A stretch of DNA of 64,000 nucleotides from an uncultured Candidatus Binatia bacterium (GCA_965242525.1 OZ251459.1:3712001-3776000), one strand, 5' to 3'; shown: positions 10,342-20,028, numbered from the stretch's first letter. Notes: generated by a model not told the origin, from the sequence alone. Program-made: numbers and translations.

Positions 10342-10400
10342 GAGACGCCTCCGTATGATTCCAGGAACCTCTGATTTATTCCCTATTCCGGGAGGATAAA

Positions 10401-10706
10401 GGGGCTCTTCCGGCTTTCGTGTGGGTTGTGACACTCCCCACCCAGGCGATGATGTTGCTTCCCTCCCCTTCCCTGGTTTGGCGCCGCAGACGCCCCACCC
10501 CGTCATTCCCGCGAAAGCGGGAATCCATCCATTCTTACGAAAACCCCCGTGTTCCCATCCTTCCGACCCAACCCCAGGGTGCCCTGCATGATGGATTCCC
10601 GCTTTCGCGGGAATGACGTAGGATGGGAGTCTGCGGGAGTGAGCGCGTGATCCTTTTCGCTCCCCTTTCCCTTCTACCTTGCCCACACGAAAGCCGGAAG
10701 AGCCCC
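10401..10706. mobile_element. Nested inverted-repeat element (MITE-C)
   Basis: 25-bp outer IR at 10401-10425/10682-10706 and 29-bp inner IR at 10501-10529/10590-10618 (cgtcattcccgcgaaagcgggaatccatc). Confidence 0.85.
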
Positions 10707-10807
10707 CTTTTCCCCAGCGGTATCATAATGGTTTCTTCCTGGTATTCATAAGGATTCGTTCTTTATCCAATCAACAGAAGTTTGCTGGAACCCGGAAGAA
10801 CCCCTTT

Positions 10808-10913
10808 GGAGGCTCTGAACAATTGGGCAGAGAGGATGAGCGCGCCCTTCGACTCCGCTTCGCTACGCTCAGGACGAACGGGGATCGGAGGGTCAGGGCG
10901 AGGGAATCCATCC
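10808..10913 (-). repeat. Partial MITE-A downstream of tRNA-Leu
   Basis: ctctgaacaat...ccttcgactccgcttcgctacgctcaggacgaacgggg...gagggaatccatcc. Confidence 0.75.
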
Positions 10914-11084
10914 TCTATCTCTCGTTTATTCAGCCGCTCCTTTTATCGAAACCGGAAAGACAGGCGCGCCGTTTGCGAGACCTCGACCGCCCGACTTCCG
11001 GCCTGCGCTCGAACGCCCATGCAGTCCTTCCGCTCGTGGAAGGTAGAGCGAAGCGCGGCCCGGACAGCAAAAGATTGGCGCGCC

Positions 11085-11171
11085 TGGTGCCGGAGGGGGG
11101 ACTCGAACCCCCACAGGGTTGCCCCTACTGGATTTTGAGTCCAGCGCGTCTACCAATTCCACCACTCCGGC
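11085..11171 (-). tRNA. tRNA-Leu (CAA)
   Basis: GCCGGAGTGGTGGAATTGGTAGAC...CTGGA-CTCAAAA-TCCAG, long variable arm, GTTCGAGTC T-loop, encoded CCA. Confidence 0.97.
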
Positions 11172-11241
11172 ACGGGAACGAAAGCCACCCGGGACCCGTC
11201 TCGCTCGTGGGACGGGAGCGTAGCCCATGGACGAATAGAGG

Positions 11242-11529
11242 TCAAGGTTGCCGCGGCCCGGAGCCGTGCTCGTCCGCAAATCCCTCCAGCGGGATCGCTG
11301 CTTCCACGAGCAGGACCGGGACGTCCTTGCGGATCGGGTAGAGATACCGCCGGTCCCGGCGCACCAGCCCGCCATCGATGGGCTCGTCGACCTTCTCGCC
11401 CCCCCGGTCCACCAGCCTCCCGGCCTTGATCTCCCGGTTGATCCGGTCCACGAGCGTCCCGTCGGCGAGGGACACGCTTTCCCGGGTCTCCGGACATGCC
11501 AAGAGTTCGAGCAAACCCTCGTCCATCAT
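11242..11529 (-). CDS. Trm112-like protein
   Basis: LLELLACPET...YPIRKDVPVLLVEAA pattern. Confidence 0.85.
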   Translation of the reverse strand: MMDEGLLELLACPETRESVSLADGTLVDRINREIKAGRLVDRGGEKVDEPIDGGLVRRDRRYLYPIRKDVPVLLVEAAIPLEGFADEHGSGPRQP

Positions 11530-11567
11530 GGTTGGGATCCCGTCACGAGCATGGGCGACGCGGACGT

Positions 11568-11750
11568 TTACCCCAGGAAGCTCTTGGCCACCAGGCTGAC
11601 GACGCCGGCAAGGATCAGCGCCACCATGACCTCCAGGCGTATCAGACGACGCTCGAAACCCGCGATCTCTTCCGCTGCCTCGCGGGCCTTCTGGTCCGAA
11701 GCGCCAGCCTCCTTGAACGCGTCATAGGTCTTGGAAAGCATCATGGGCAT
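11568..11750 (-). CDS. Small coiled-coil protein with C-terminal TM helix (CCDC90/DUF1640-like)
   Basis: YDAFKEAGASDQKAREAAEEIA followed by a hydrophobic tail; promoter directly upstream. Confidence 0.65.
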   Translation of the reverse strand: MPMMLSKTYDAFKEAGASDQKAREAAEEIAGFERRLIRLEVMVALILAGVVSLVAKSFLG

Positions 11751-11756
11751 GGGCAA

Positions 11757-11784
11757 ATTATAGCGCCTCACCGGACAGTGTAAA
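11757..11784 (-). promoter_or_regulatory. Sigma70-like promoter TTTACA-N16-TATAAT, probably leaderless
   Basis: -10 at 11757-11762 lies 6 nt from the ATG at 11750; no SD. Confidence 0.55.
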
Positions 11785-11980
11785 GGAACATCTGAACGAG
11801 CGCGTCCTTCGACTTCGCTTCGCTACGCTCAGGACGAACGGAGGGCAGGGTTTCCCGGATCTCCTTTCAGGAACCTCTGAACAATCGAGGGATCCGGGAT
11901 GGATTCCCGATTCCCTCATCCTGACGCCCCCATCCCCGTTCGTCCTGAGCGTAGCGAAGCGGAGCCGAAGGACGCGCTTT
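11785..11980. repeat. Adjacent MITE-B (11785-11854) and partial MITE-A (11870-11977)
   Basis: Same termini and hairpin core as the other copies, in opposite orientations. Confidence 0.8.
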
Positions 11981-12053
11981 CCCGTGGGAGGGGAACCGCG
12001 GCCCGGTTGCTACGGCCGGGGGTCTTGGCTATGTTCCGGTCGGGAGGTGGACC

Positions 12054-13628
12054 ATGAACGCGACGTTCCGGGATTACATCGAGTTGCTGCGCGGCCACGA
12101 CGAGTTGCTGGACATACGCAAGCCGGTGGACATGAGGGACGTGGCGGCCCTCACGGCCCAGAGCGACCGCGCGCTGCTGTTCGAGAACCCGGTGGGGTAC
12201 TCGTTCCCGGTGGTGTCGGGGCTGCTCCAGAAGAGGGAACGCCTGGGTCTGGCCCTGGACGCCCCCTACCCCGAGATCCACGAGCGGTTCCAGTGGGCCA
12301 TGTCCAACTCCATCGAGCCGGTGCTGGTGGAGGACGCGCCGGTCAAGGAGTTCGTGCAACAGGGCGACGACGTGGACCTGTTCCGACTGCCGGTGCCCAT
12401 CTTCTCGACCCTGGACGGCGCGCCCATGATTACCGCCGCGGTGGTCATCTCGGAAGATCCCGAGCACGGCATGAACGCCGGGGTCTATCGCCTGATGCTG
12501 AAGGAGCGGAACGTCACCGGCATCGACATCGTCACCCCCAACAACCTCCGAAGGTTCGCCGAGCGCGCCCTGGCGGAGAAACGGCCGCTGCCCATCTCCA
12601 TGTCCATCGGCGCCCACCCGCGGGAGCTGATGGGCGCCCTCTTCAAGGCGTCCCTGGGAACCAACGAGCTGGGTTTCGCCGGCGCCCTCGGAGGGAGCCC
12701 GGTGGAGCTCACGCCGGGCGTCACCGGGCCGGTTCCGTCCATCGCCGGCGCCGAGTTCGTCCTGGAGGGCGAGATACCCCCGGAGGGCTGGGTGCACCCC
12801 GAAGGCCCCTTCGGCGAGTTCTCGCGCCTGGTGGGGGGCACCCACCGCAACCCCAACGTCCACGTGAAGGCCGTGCTGCACCGACGCGACCCCCTCTACT
12901 ACGCGCTCCACATGCCCTGGGAGAACCTGTGGATGAGCGCGCCCATCTACGAGGCCGCGGCCTGGCGGGTGCTGGCGGAGACCGGGGTGCAGGTCACCGC
13001 GGTCAACGTCACCCCCGGGGGTTGCTGCCACTGGCACGTGGTGGCCGCCATCCGGAAGATCCCGGGGGACGGCAAGAACGCCATCGCCGCGCTGTTGTCC
13101 ATCGCCGACATCAAGTACGCAGTGGTGACCGACGACGACATCGACATCTACGACCCCCAGGAAGTGGAGTGGGCCATCGCCACCCGGGTGCAGGCGGACC
13201 GGGACACGGTGATCCTCTCCCACGCCCGCTCCAAGCCCCTGGACCCGTCCATCCCGCCGAGCTCCAACGGCGTCCCCACCACCGCCAAGATGGGCATCGA
13301 CGCCACCATCCCGGAGAACGTCCCGCGCTACCGCTACAACCGCATCGTCTATCACAACCAGGACAAGGCGAGGCTCGAAGACTACCTGGGCGAGGCCCCG
13401 GTGACGCCGCTGGCCGGAGCGGTGGAAGAGTCCGTCGAATCGCTGACGGAGCGGACCGAGGCCATGCTGCGCGACCGGCGGATGACCTTCAGCGAGCTGC
13501 TCGACGCTTTCCCGGACGCGCCCTTCGCCTCGGTCATGGCCGCGGTGGGGCGGCTCAACGAACGGAAGCGCATCACCCTGGACGAAGAGGGGAAGTACAT
13601 GCCCGCCGCGGACCACCCGCCCGAGTGA
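12054..13628 (+). CDS. UbiD family (prFMN-dependent) decarboxylase
   Basis: EGPFGEF, VTDDDIDIYDPQEVEWAIATRVQ and KMGIDAT motifs. Confidence 0.93.
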   Translation: MNATFRDYIELLRGHDELLDIRKPVDMRDVAALTAQSDRALLFENPVGYSFPVVSGLLQKRERLGLALDAPYPEIHERFQWAMSNSIEPVLVEDAPVKEFVQQGDDVDLFRLPVPIFSTLDGAPMITAAVVISEDPEHGMNAGVYRLMLKERNVTGIDIVTPNNLRRFAERALAEKRPLPISMSIGAHPRELMGALFKASLGTNELGFAGALGGSPVELTPGVTGPVPSIAGAEFVLEGEIPPEGWVHPEGPFGEFSRLVGGTHRNPNVHVKAVLHRRDPLYYALHMPWENLWMSAPIYEAAAWRVLAETGVQVTAVNVTPGGCCHWHVVAAIRKIPGDGKNAIAALLSIADIKYAVVTDDDIDIYDPQEVEWAIATRVQADRDTVILSHARSKPLDPSIPPSSNGVPTTAKMGIDATIPENVPRYRYNRIVYHNQDKARLEDYLGEAPVTPLAGAVEESVESLTERTEAMLRDRRMTFSELLDAFPDAPFASVMAAVGRLNERKRITLDEEGKYMPAADHPPE

Positions 13629-13671
13629 CCCGCCGGGGTTCCGGGCAGGCGCTCCAAGTCCGCGTCGATAA

Positions 13672-13800
13672 GCGCGTCCTTCGACTTCGCTTCGCTACGC
13701 TCAGGACGAACGGTGTCCAAGCTCTTCCGGCTTTCGTGTGGGCAGAGTCTCACGGGCGCACGTTCCCTCCCCCCTTGAGGGGGAGGGCAGGGTGAGGGGT
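13672..13800. repeat. Repeat cluster: hairpin core, MITE-C left end and ccctcccccttgaggggggaggg-type palindrome
   Basis: Direct match to other copies; ctcttccggctttcgtgtggg at about 13722-13743. Confidence 0.75.
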
Positions 13801-13847
13801 GCCCGCAGCGACGGACTCGGGACGAACGGGGGTTTCGTTCCGGGTTT

Positions 13848-14498
13848 CTAATGGATGCCGGTGATCTTGACGCTGGCGTGCTTCGACTTGTAGCGGCGGT
13901 TGAGGGCGATCAACACGCCGGTGAGTCCTTCCACCACGTAGGCGTTGGCCGCGGGGCCGGCGTCCAGGCCGGTGGCGCCGATGCGTTCCAGCAGCTCGAT
14001 GACGCGCTCCTTGGCTTCCTTGTCGTCGCCGCAGACCAGGACGTCGCCCAAGGGCTCGTCCGGCCGGCTGAGATCGAGGGCGGAGATGTTGTGCAGGGCG
14101 CCGATTACCGGGGTGCCGTCACCGAGGATCTTCTGCGCTTCCAGCAGCGCCGAGCCGGCTTCGGGTACGAACGGCCTTCCCTTGCGAAGCGGCACCACCG
14201 CGTCGATGACGACCTTCCCCCGCAACTCCTCGACCAGGTCGCTGACCATCTGCTCCTGGCCTTCGTAGGGCACGGAGATGACCGCCATCTCCGCCTCCCG
14301 CACCGCATCGGCGTTGACCATGCCCTCCACGAGGTCCTGGCCCAGCTTCTCGTTCAACCCGCCGGCCGCGTCCCGGCCCCGTTGCGCGTCCCGGGAGCCG
14401 ATGATGACCCGCACTCCGGGCCGGGCCAAGCGGCCCGCCAAGCCGAGCCCGAGGCTCCCGGTGCCCCCCACGATAGCAATCGATATGGAATCCTGCAT
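13848..14498 (-). CDS. npdG: NADPH-dependent F420 reductase (F420:NADP oxidoreductase)
   Basis: IAIVGGTGSLG, IIGSRD, IDAVVPL and DVLVCGDD motifs; F420 cluster context. Start could be 14510. Confidence 0.9.
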   Translation of the reverse strand: MQDSISIAIVGGTGSLGLGLAGRLARPGVRVIIGSRDAQRGRDAAGGLNEKLGQDLVEGMVNADAVREAEMAVISVPYEGQEQMVSDLVEELRGKVVIDAVVPLRKGRPFVPEAGSALLEAQKILGDGTPVIGALHNISALDLSRPDEPLGDVLVCGDDKEAKERVIELLERIGATGLDAGPAANAYVVEGLTGVLIALNRRYKSKHASVKITGIH

Positions 14499-14541
14499 GG
14501 GGAGTCTCATACCATGACCGCGCCGGACCCGACAAACCGGA

Positions 14542-14981
14542 GGAACCTCTGAACAATCGAGACATCCAGGATGGATTCCCGATTCCCTCACCCTGACGCC
14601 CCTATTCCCGTTCGTCCTGAGCGTAGCGAAGCGGAGTCGAAGGACGCGCTCATGCCCTCTGTCTCGATTGTTCAGAGGTTCCTTGACTCCGTTCGTCCTG
14701 AGCGTAGCGAAGCGAAGTCGAAGGACGCGCTCATGCCCTCTGTCCCGATTGTTCAGAGGTTCCTTGACTCCGTTCGTCCTGAGCGTAGCGAAGCGAAGTC
14801 GAAGGACGCGCTTTCCCACAGGGAGATGGAGTTCAAGCCAGGTTTGTACAACGAGAGCGATGAAACTGGATTCCCGCTTTCGCGGGAATGACGGGGCAGG
14901 CGTCTGCGGAGCAGTGACCGCGTGATCCTTTTCGCTCCCCTTTCCCTCCTGCCTTGCTGACACGAAAGCCGGAAAAGCCCC
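14542..14981. mobile_element. Full MITE-A (14542-14682), 81-bp tandem duplication, ATTCCC palindrome and MITE-C right end
   Basis: TIRs ggaacctctgaacaatc/gattgttcagaggttcc; ggattcccgctttcgcgggaatgacg; cacgaaagccggaaaagcccc. Confidence 0.85.
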
Positions 14982-14982
14982 T

Positions 14983-15744
14983 TCACCTGCGGGCCCGGAA
15001 CAGGTCGTCCGCCAGCGGCCGCAGCAGGTCTTGGGCCGACCCGCGGCGCCGCGGCAGGTCGCAGCCGCGCACCACCGCCGCGGGCACCCGGCCGGTCTTT
15101 CCCATGACCAGTTCCGCGGCGCCGGCCACCTGGTCCGCTACGGCCGTGACCGAGGCCTTGAGCTCGTACCCGTAACCGTCCCGCTGGCCGCGGTAGTCGA
15201 TCAAGGGGCCGAAGCCTGCCACGCCGATGGCCACGTCGGTCGTACCCAGGCGCCAGGGACGCCCGAAAGTGTCGGTGACGACCACGCCCACCGACGCGCC
15301 CGTGAGCCGCCGCACCTCCTCGCGGACGCGCCGGGCGGAGCCGTCGGGGTCCTCGGGGAGCAGCAGGGCCCGGTGGACGCCCACGTTGGACAGGTCGATG
15401 CCGGCGTTGGCGCACACGAAGCCGTGGCGGGTCTCCACCACGAGGGTGCTGCGCCCCTTGGCCACGATGGCCCGGCTCTCCCGGAGTACGAGCTCCAGCA
15501 GGCGGGGGTCCTTGTCTTCGAGCTCGGCCGACAGCCTCGACGCCTCTTCCGACGGGGTGACGCCGCGAAGGTCCACGATGCGGCTTTCGGCCTTGGACAC
15601 GACCTTCTGGGCCAGGGCGAGGACGTCGCCGTCCCGCAGCCCCAGGCCCATGCGCGCGCAGGCGTCCACCACCAGCCGTCCCAACCGGGCGCCGGCCTCC
15701 ACTTCGCCCATCCCCTCCACCCCGATGACCTCCACGCGCCGCAT
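14983..15744 (-). CDS. cofE: Coenzyme F420-0:L-glutamate ligase
   Basis: QKVVSKAE, GFVCANAGIDLSN, TDTFGRPWRLG and DLFR motifs. Confidence 0.93.
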   Translation of the reverse strand: MRRVEVIGVEGMGEVEAGARLGRLVVDACARMGLGLRDGDVLALAQKVVSKAESRIVDLRGVTPSEEASRLSAELEDKDPRLLELVLRESRAIVAKGRSTLVVETRHGFVCANAGIDLSNVGVHRALLLPEDPDGSARRVREEVRRLTGASVGVVVTDTFGRPWRLGTTDVAIGVAGFGPLIDYRGQRDGYGYELKASVTAVADQVAGAAELVMGKTGRVPAAVVRGCDLPRRRGSAQDLLRPLADDLFRARR

Positions 15745-15745
15745 A

Positions 15746-16423
15746 TCAACCCGCGTCGGCAAAGAAACGGCTGCCGTTGCCCTTCATGGCCTCGATGCGG
15801 TCACGGGTCCGTCCGCCCTCCAGCCGGCAGGCGAGCCTTCGGAGGTCCCGGGGTTCGTCCACGTCCAGGGCGATGCGCGGGTTCTCCACCACGCGGACGG
15901 AGACGCCGCGGGAGGCGGCCTCGTCCAGGTGGTAACGGAAGCTGTCGTGGCCGAAACGGAGCCGGAGCAGGTCCGGAGGCGCCAGCAACAGGGCGTTGGT
16001 GCCCATGCGGTCGTGGGAGGGCACGAGGGTGGCGAAGGGCGGGACCGCGCGGCCCCCGGTCGGGAGCAGGCCCTCCACGTCCGCGGTGCGCAACAGCGGG
16101 ATGTCCCCCGGCAGCACCAGGGCGGCGTCCATGCCCGCCTCCTTCATCACCCCCAGGCCGAAATGGACCGCGTCGGTCTCGCCGGTCTCGTCCCGTTCGC
16201 GGATGACCTCCACCCCCGGGGCGGCGACCCAACGCGCGACCTCCGGGGAGCCCGTGACCACGAAGGTGGCGTGGATCCCCCTGGCCCGGACCACTTCTGT
16301 GAGCACGTCCCGCACCATGGCCTTCATCAGGTCCGAGCGCTCGGACGCGCTCAGCCGGGCGGCGAGCCGCTGCTTGGCGCCCCGGAACCCCTTGACCGGA
16401 ACCAGCGCGCCGACCCTCGTCAT
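15746..16423 (-). CDS. cofC: 2-phospho-L-lactate/PEP guanylyltransferase
   Basis: LVPVK...AKQRL, PGDIP, GTNAL, FGHDSF and DVDEPRDL motifs. Confidence 0.92.
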   Translation of the reverse strand: MTRVGALVPVKGFRGAKQRLAARLSASERSDLMKAMVRDVLTEVVRARGIHATFVVTGSPEVARWVAAPGVEVIRERDETGETDAVHFGLGVMKEAGMDAALVLPGDIPLLRTADVEGLLPTGGRAVPPFATLVPSHDRMGTNALLLAPPDLLRLRFGHDSFRYHLDEAASRGVSVRVVENPRIALDVDEPRDLRRLACRLEGGRTRDRIEAMKGNGSRFFADAG

Positions 16424-16508
16424 CGAACGGAAACCCCGCGCATTTCGTACAACTCCTTGGCACGTGGGACGGACGCCGGCGCCCGGTCGGGACCTCCGCG
16501 CCCCCCGG

Positions 16509-17432
16509 TCAGGACGAGAGCCGCAGGATTTCCCGCGCCAGCCGTCTCTTGTCGTCCAGGGTGTCCATGCGGATGGACGTGGCCAGCGCCCGGACCCCGA
16601 GCTTCTCGATCTCCGGCCCCAGGTCCCGGTCTTCCGCGTCCACCACCAGCACGCGCACGAAGTCCCGGTAGGCGCGGGCCAGCCCCGCGGCCGAAGCCTC
16701 CAGCCCCAGGGCGCGCATGAGCTTGTGGGCCGGACCGCTGAAGGAGCGCCCCCGCACCACCGGGCTCACGGCCGCCACCACCGCGGGAGTCTCCCGCAAC
16801 GCCTCCCGGACGCCGGGCACCGCGAGTATGGGACCGATGCTGGTGGCCGGGTTGCTGGGGCAGACCACCACCATGTCCGCGTCCCGGATGGCTTCCACCA
16901 CGCCCGGGGCCGGGCGGCACCGTTGGACGCCCCGGTAGTCCAGGCTCCGTACCTCCGGTTGCCAGCGCTCCTTCACGAAATACTCTTGGAAGGAGATCTC
17001 GCCCTCCGGGGTCGCGAGCCGCGTCTCCACCCGCTGGTCGGACATGGGCAGCACCGCGGACTCCACCCCCAGCGCCCGGCAAAGCGAGGCGGTGACGCGC
17101 GACAGGGGCTGCCCCTGGGCCAGCAGGCGGGTGCGGGTCAGGTGGGTGGCCATGTCCCGATCCCCGATGCGGAACCAGGTCTCGTTGCCGAGCCGGCCCA
17201 GTTGCTCCAGCACCGTGAAGGTGTCGTCCCGGACGCCCCACCCCTTGGCCGGGTCGATGAGGCCGGCCAGGGTATAGACGATGGTGTCGATGTCAGGGGA
17301 TACGTGGAGCCCGTGCGCCACCGAGTCGTCCGCGGTGTTGCACACCACCGTCAGGCGCCCGGGCGCCGTCTCCTCCCGGAAGCCCAGCACCAGCTTTGCG
17401 CCCCCGGTGCCTCCGGTCAGGAGGACGACCAT
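16509..17432 (-). CDS. cofD: 2-phospho-L-lactate transferase
   Basis: LTGGTGGAKL, NTADD, SPDIDT, IGDRD and CPSNPATSIGPIL motifs. Confidence 0.95.
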   Translation of the reverse strand: MVVLLTGGTGGAKLVLGFREETAPGRLTVVCNTADDSVAHGLHVSPDIDTIVYTLAGLIDPAKGWGVRDDTFTVLEQLGRLGNETWFRIGDRDMATHLTRTRLLAQGQPLSRVTASLCRALGVESAVLPMSDQRVETRLATPEGEISFQEYFVKERWQPEVRSLDYRGVQRCRPAPGVVEAIRDADMVVVCPSNPATSIGPILAVPGVREALRETPAVVAAVSPVVRGRSFSGPAHKLMRALGLEASAAGLARAYRDFVRVLVVDAEDRDLGPEIEKLGVRALATSIRMDTLDDKRRLAREILRLSS

Positions 17433-17435
17433 CGC

Positions 17436-18680
17436 TCACAGGCCGGCCGGCGGCTGGACCGGAGGGCCGTCGGACCGGAGGAACCCGCCCTCCGGGAGGT
17501 CGGACTCGTCCTCCCAGGCGCGAAGGACCTCGTATCCGGTGGAGCGTTCCGCGGGCACGCGGTCGATCTCGCGGATCAGGGCCCGGAACTCGTGGGGCCA
17601 GATCATCTGCCCTTCGGTGGAGCCCGCCAGCCGCGAGATGCTCTCTTCCATGAGCGTGCCGCCGAAGTCGTTGGCGCCGGCCCGCAGGCAGAGCTGCGAC
17701 ATCCGCCGGCCCATCTTCACCCACGACACCTGCACGTTGGGGATGGCGTCGTTCAGCAGCACCCGGGCGAGGGCATGGACCCGTACGTCCTCCTCCTCGG
17801 TGGGTCCCGGACGGGCGAGCCCCTGCTGGAAGAGCGCGGTGTTCTCGTGCACGAACCCCAGCGGGACGAACTCGGTGAAGCCGCCGGTCTCCTTCTGGAT
17901 GTCCCGCAGCAGCAGCATGTGATCGACCCAGTGGCGGCCCTCCTCCCGGTGGCCGTACATCATGGTGGAGGTGGTGAAGATGCCCACACGATGGGCCGTC
18001 TCGATCACCCGGACCCACTGCTCGGTGCTGACCTTGTTCTTGGAGAGCACCATGCGGACCTCGTCGTCGAGGATCTCCGCGGCCGTGCCCGGAACGCTGT
18101 CGAGGCCGGCGTCGCGCAACATCAGCAGGTAGTCCTCCAGGGGCATGCCGGTGAGTTCGACGCCGTAGGTGATCTCCATGGGCGAGTAGGCGTGGATGTG
18201 GATGCCGGGCGTCCGCGAACGGATGGCCCGCAACAGGTCCCGGTAGTAGTAGGGCTGCATGTTGCGGGGCAGGCCCCCCTGCATGCAGACCTCGGTGGCG
18301 CCGCGGTTCCACGCCTCCTCCGCCTTGAGGCCCACCTCCTCCAGCGAGTTGTCCCAGCTTCCGGGCTTGTTGGGGCCGGTGTGGAAGGCGCAGAACTTGC
18401 AGCCCACGTAGCACACGTTGGTGAAGTTGATGTTGCGGCAGACCACGTAGGTGACGCGGTCGCCCACCCGGGCCTGCCGCAGCAGGTCCGCGGCCGCGGC
18501 GAGGGCGGCGAGCTCGCCGCCCTCCACCTCGCACAAGGCCAAGCCTTCCTCCCGGGTCACCTCGCGGCCCTCCAGGGCGCGTTCCAGTATGCGCGCGACC
18601 GGAGCCTCGATCCGGGGCAGGAGCCGGTTCAGCCGCTCGGCGCCGCCGTCATGGTCGAACATCGCTTCGATCTGGCTCAT
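17436..18680 (-). CDS. cofH: FO synthase subunit 2 (radical SAM)
   Basis: RNINFTNVCYVGCKFCAF, PGTAAEILDD, GGFTEFVPL and GGTLMEESI motifs; GGAGG before the ATG. Confidence 0.93.
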   Translation of the reverse strand: MSQIEAMFDHDGGAERLNRLLPRIEAPVARILERALEGREVTREEGLALCEVEGGELAALAAAADLLRQARVGDRVTYVVCRNINFTNVCYVGCKFCAFHTGPNKPGSWDNSLEEVGLKAEEAWNRGATEVCMQGGLPRNMQPYYYRDLLRAIRSRTPGIHIHAYSPMEITYGVELTGMPLEDYLLMLRDAGLDSVPGTAAEILDDEVRMVLSKNKVSTEQWVRVIETAHRVGIFTTSTMMYGHREEGRHWVDHMLLLRDIQKETGGFTEFVPLGFVHENTALFQQGLARPGPTEEEDVRVHALARVLLNDAIPNVQVSWVKMGRRMSQLCLRAGANDFGGTLMEESISRLAGSTEGQMIWPHEFRALIREIDRVPAERSTGYEVLRAWEDESDLPEGGFLRSDGPPVQPPAGL

Positions 18681-19860
18681 GGTGTCCTCCGTAGGCGGCG
18701 AGCCCATCCTCGCCGCACAGCCGCTCCAGGTAGGGGATCAGGCCGGGCGCCAGGAACCGCTCCGCCCGGGATATGTACTCCGGGTAGATGGGCAGCCGGG
18801 GCTTCAGCACGAAACCGGCCGCCGCGGTCCTGCGGGCCAGCTCCACCAGCTCGGGCCAGGGAGCTTCCGGGTTGATGAAGTCGCGGGTCACGGGCGAGAC
18901 CCCGCCCCAGTCGTTGATGCCCGCATCGAGGTACCACTCATAGCGTTCGGGGGTCAGGTTGGGGGGCGCCTGGATGTTCATGCCGCCCCCCAGGATCAGC
19001 CGCGCCAGCGCGATGGTCGCGGCCTCCTCGCGGTAGTCCGGCTGGGGATGGCCGGCCATGGGGATGCCGGGCTTCACGCGGAAGTTCTGCACGATCACTT
19101 CCTGGATGTGGCCGTAGCGTTGCTGCAACTCCGCGATGGCGTACAGCGACGCGATCCTCTCCTCCCAGGTCTCGCCGATGCCGATGAGTATCCCGGTGGT
19201 GAAGGGGATGGCCAACCTGCCCGCTTCGGCCAGGGTGCGGAGCCGCGCCGAAGGCTTCTTGTCCGGCGCGTCGGCATGGGGGCCGCCGGGCGCCATGAGG
19301 CGGTCGCTGACGTTCTCCAGCATGAGGCCCATGCTCACGTTGACCTGCCTGAGCCGCTCCAGGTCCGAGGACGCCATGATCCCGGGGTTGGCGTGGGGCA
19401 ACAGGCCTGTCTCTTCCAGCACCGCCCGGCACGCGTCGTACAGGTATTCCAGGGTCCTGCGGTAACCCGCCCGCGCCAGGAACTCCCTCATCTCGGGGTA
19501 GATGGCTTCGGGCTTGTCCCCCAGGCTGAACAGCGCCTCGGTGCAACCCATGGCCTCGGCCCGGCGCGCCGCCTCCAGCACTTCGTCCAGGGACAGGGTC
19601 CTGGCGCCGTCCTCTCCCGGAGCCTTGCGGAAAGTGCAGTAGCCGCAGAAGTCCCGGCACAGGTTGGTGAGCGGGATGAAGACCTTGGGGGAGAAGGTGA
19701 CGGTCCGGCCCTTGTGACGGTCGCGCAACGCCGCGGCCGCGCCCAGGAGCGCGGTGAACTCGTCTTCCTCGACGCCGGACAGCAGCAGGGCGTCGCCCGG
19801 CGTCAAGGCCCCACCATTGAGGCATTCCTTCAGCAGTCGTGGGACTCGGCGCGTCGTCAT
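18649..19860 (-). CDS. cofG: FO synthase subunit 1 (radical SAM)
   Basis: VFIPLTNLCRDFCGYCTF, LPHANPG, FTTGILIGIGE and DWGGVSPVT motifs. Confidence 0.94.
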   Translation of the reverse strand: MTTRRVPRLLKECLNGGALTPGDALLLSGVEEDEFTALLGAAAALRDRHKGRTVTFSPKVFIPLTNLCRDFCGYCTFRKAPGEDGARTLSLDEVLEAARRAEAMGCTEALFSLGDKPEAIYPEMREFLARAGYRRTLEYLYDACRAVLEETGLLPHANPGIMASSDLERLRQVNVSMGLMLENVSDRLMAPGGPHADAPDKKPSARLRTLAEAGRLAIPFTTGILIGIGETWEERIASLYAIAELQQRYGHIQEVIVQNFRVKPGIPMAGHPQPDYREEAATIALARLILGGGMNIQAPPNLTPERYEWYLDAGINDWGGVSPVTRDFINPEAPWPELVELARRTAAAGFVLKPRLPIYPEYISRAERFLAPGLIPYLERLCGEDGLAAYGGHHEPDRSDVRP

Positions 19861-20028
19861 GGGCAAACGCTCAAACGGTTTGAATAACGGATACGGGTAT
19901 CCGGGTCAACCCGCGGCGGGCCGGCGGGGAGGCCGCGGGGGTCTTGCATTTTCGTCGCGGATGACACAATGTTTTCCCCTGAGGTTCCAACGCGCGTCTC
20001 CCGTGCAACGGAGACAAGGAGTCCGTCC

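Noticed and set aside
10707-10807. AT-rich patch as a possible sRNA or promoter island
   Set aside because: Short, sandwiched between two MITEs, and without recognisable structure; insufficient support
18649-18707. Frameshifted fused fbiC
   Set aside because: cofH has its own SD and ATG and both ORFs are complete; split cofG/cofH is a normal arrangement
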